Shown here: positions 63,040 to 64,000 of the stretch, in pieces | Layout: every line of letters starts with the position of its first letter | How positions within the stretch are numbered: position 1 is the first letter of the stretch | Assembly (NCBI RefSeq): GCF_006345805.1 | Contig: NC_043000.1 | Coordinates: 24,490,001 to 24,554,000, forward strand | Direction of reading: 5' to 3' | Source: Octopus sinensis | Lineage: Eukaryota | Length of the DNA: 64,000 nucleotides | Made by a program: the position numbers and the translations under genes | The notes under the pieces: generated by a model | The model's database searches: none | Seen by the model: the letters and a program-made list of their open reading frames with translations, nothing else | What the model was told of the DNA's origin: nothing

Positions 63040-63880
63040 TTTGGCAGAATCATTAGAGCTTTGGACAAATTAATTGCCTGGTGATACTTCTTCTGACTCT
63101 TTAGATTCTGGGTTCAAATCTTGCCACGGTCAACTTTGTCTTTCACAAAGTTGTTAAAATAAAGTACCAGCGAAATCCTAAAATTGATATAAATGACTAA
63201 ACACCTCCCTTCAAAATTTATGGCCTTGGGTCTAAATTAGAAACAATACAGTGCAAAACCAGGAACTTGAGGGGAGGGGTTAGTCAACTAAATTTCTGTA
63301 GTACTTGTTTGGTATTTTATTTTGACTCTGGAGGTCTAAAAAGACAACGTTTACCTTGGTGAGATTTGAACTCGGAACGTAAACATTTGCAGGTAAATGC
63401 TGTAAGGAATTTTCTCCAACACTTTTAATCATTCTGCAAATCCACCACCTTTCATCATAATACTAAAATTAATAATCCAGTCTACTATATGCACAAGGCC
63501 AGAAAATTGGGAGCAATAGGTCTAGATTATGCCATTGACCCCAGTGTGCAACTGGTACTAAATTTATCAACACCAAAAGAATGAAAGGCTAAGTCCACCT
63601 TAGTAGAATTTGAGCTCAGAATGTAAAGAGTAATGATTTTGCCAGCTTATTCCAATAATAATAATCCTTTCTATTAAAGACATAAGGCCTGAAATTTTGG
63701 GGGAAAGGCCAAGTTAATTACATCGACCCCAGTGCTTGACCAGTACTTAAGTTGTTGACCACCCCAAAAGGACATAATGCGAAGTTGACCTCGGAGACAT
63801 TTGAACTCCGAATGTAAAGAGGCAGGAAATGCCACTAAATATTTTGCCCAGTATGTTAACGATTCTGCCAGCTTACTACT
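63040..63880. mobile_element. Cluster of four diverged family B SINEs (one plus, three minus)
   Basis: Repeated gaatttgaactc..gtaaag / aaagttgacctc motifs and ctat..aggcc..gaaat tails. Confidence 0.7.
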
Positions 63881-64000
63881 TTAACTCTTTTCTTACCATA
63901 TTTCTGTTGAGATGCTCTTTCAATTAACTTTAAACATAACAAAGAAATTAGTAAGATAACTTAGTTATCATTCAATTGGTGTTAGGAACATAAATTGCGA
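63881..64000. mobile_element. piggyBac-type MITE, truncated by the window end
   Basis: TTAActcttttcttaccatatttctgttgagatgctc is the reverse complement of the right end of 6361-6582. Confidence 0.7.

Noticed and set aside
24-63056. ORFs of the six-frame track as protein-coding genes
   Set aside because: They are translations of (TA)n/(CA)n/(AAT)n repeats or of SINE consensus (recurrent SRRHLPKVP, LQLDALPNANHS, PTTYSIGLFCRTAK). None has domain-like content.

Overview
AT-rich, repeat-dense eukaryotic DNA, most likely intronic or intergenic sequence from an octopus (coleoid cephalopod). The organism call comes from my recognition of the SINE families, not from a search. None of the ORFs in the six-frame track is a credible gene: they are microsatellite or SINE read-throughs. 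The window contains four recurrent SINE families (labelled A-D here), fossil LINEs (CR1-group with YADD, RTE), a mariner fossil, two non-autonomous Helitrons, piggyBac-type and hAT-type MITEs, many microsatellites and a few weak exon or microexon candidates. The most striking unexplained structure is a set of nine minimal type I hammerhead-ribozyme-like motifs at six loci, from five unrelated sequence families. They have the form stem I - CUGANGA - stem II - GAAAC - palindromic stem III - GUH - stem I', the architecture known from Penelope-like elements. Three loci are short foldback (palindromic) elements in which each arm carries a hammerhead pointing away from the centre. One further copy is fused to a tRNA-derived SINE head. 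Repeat boundaries were read by eye and are approximate (about +/-10-20 nt) unless a TSD or TIR is quoted.
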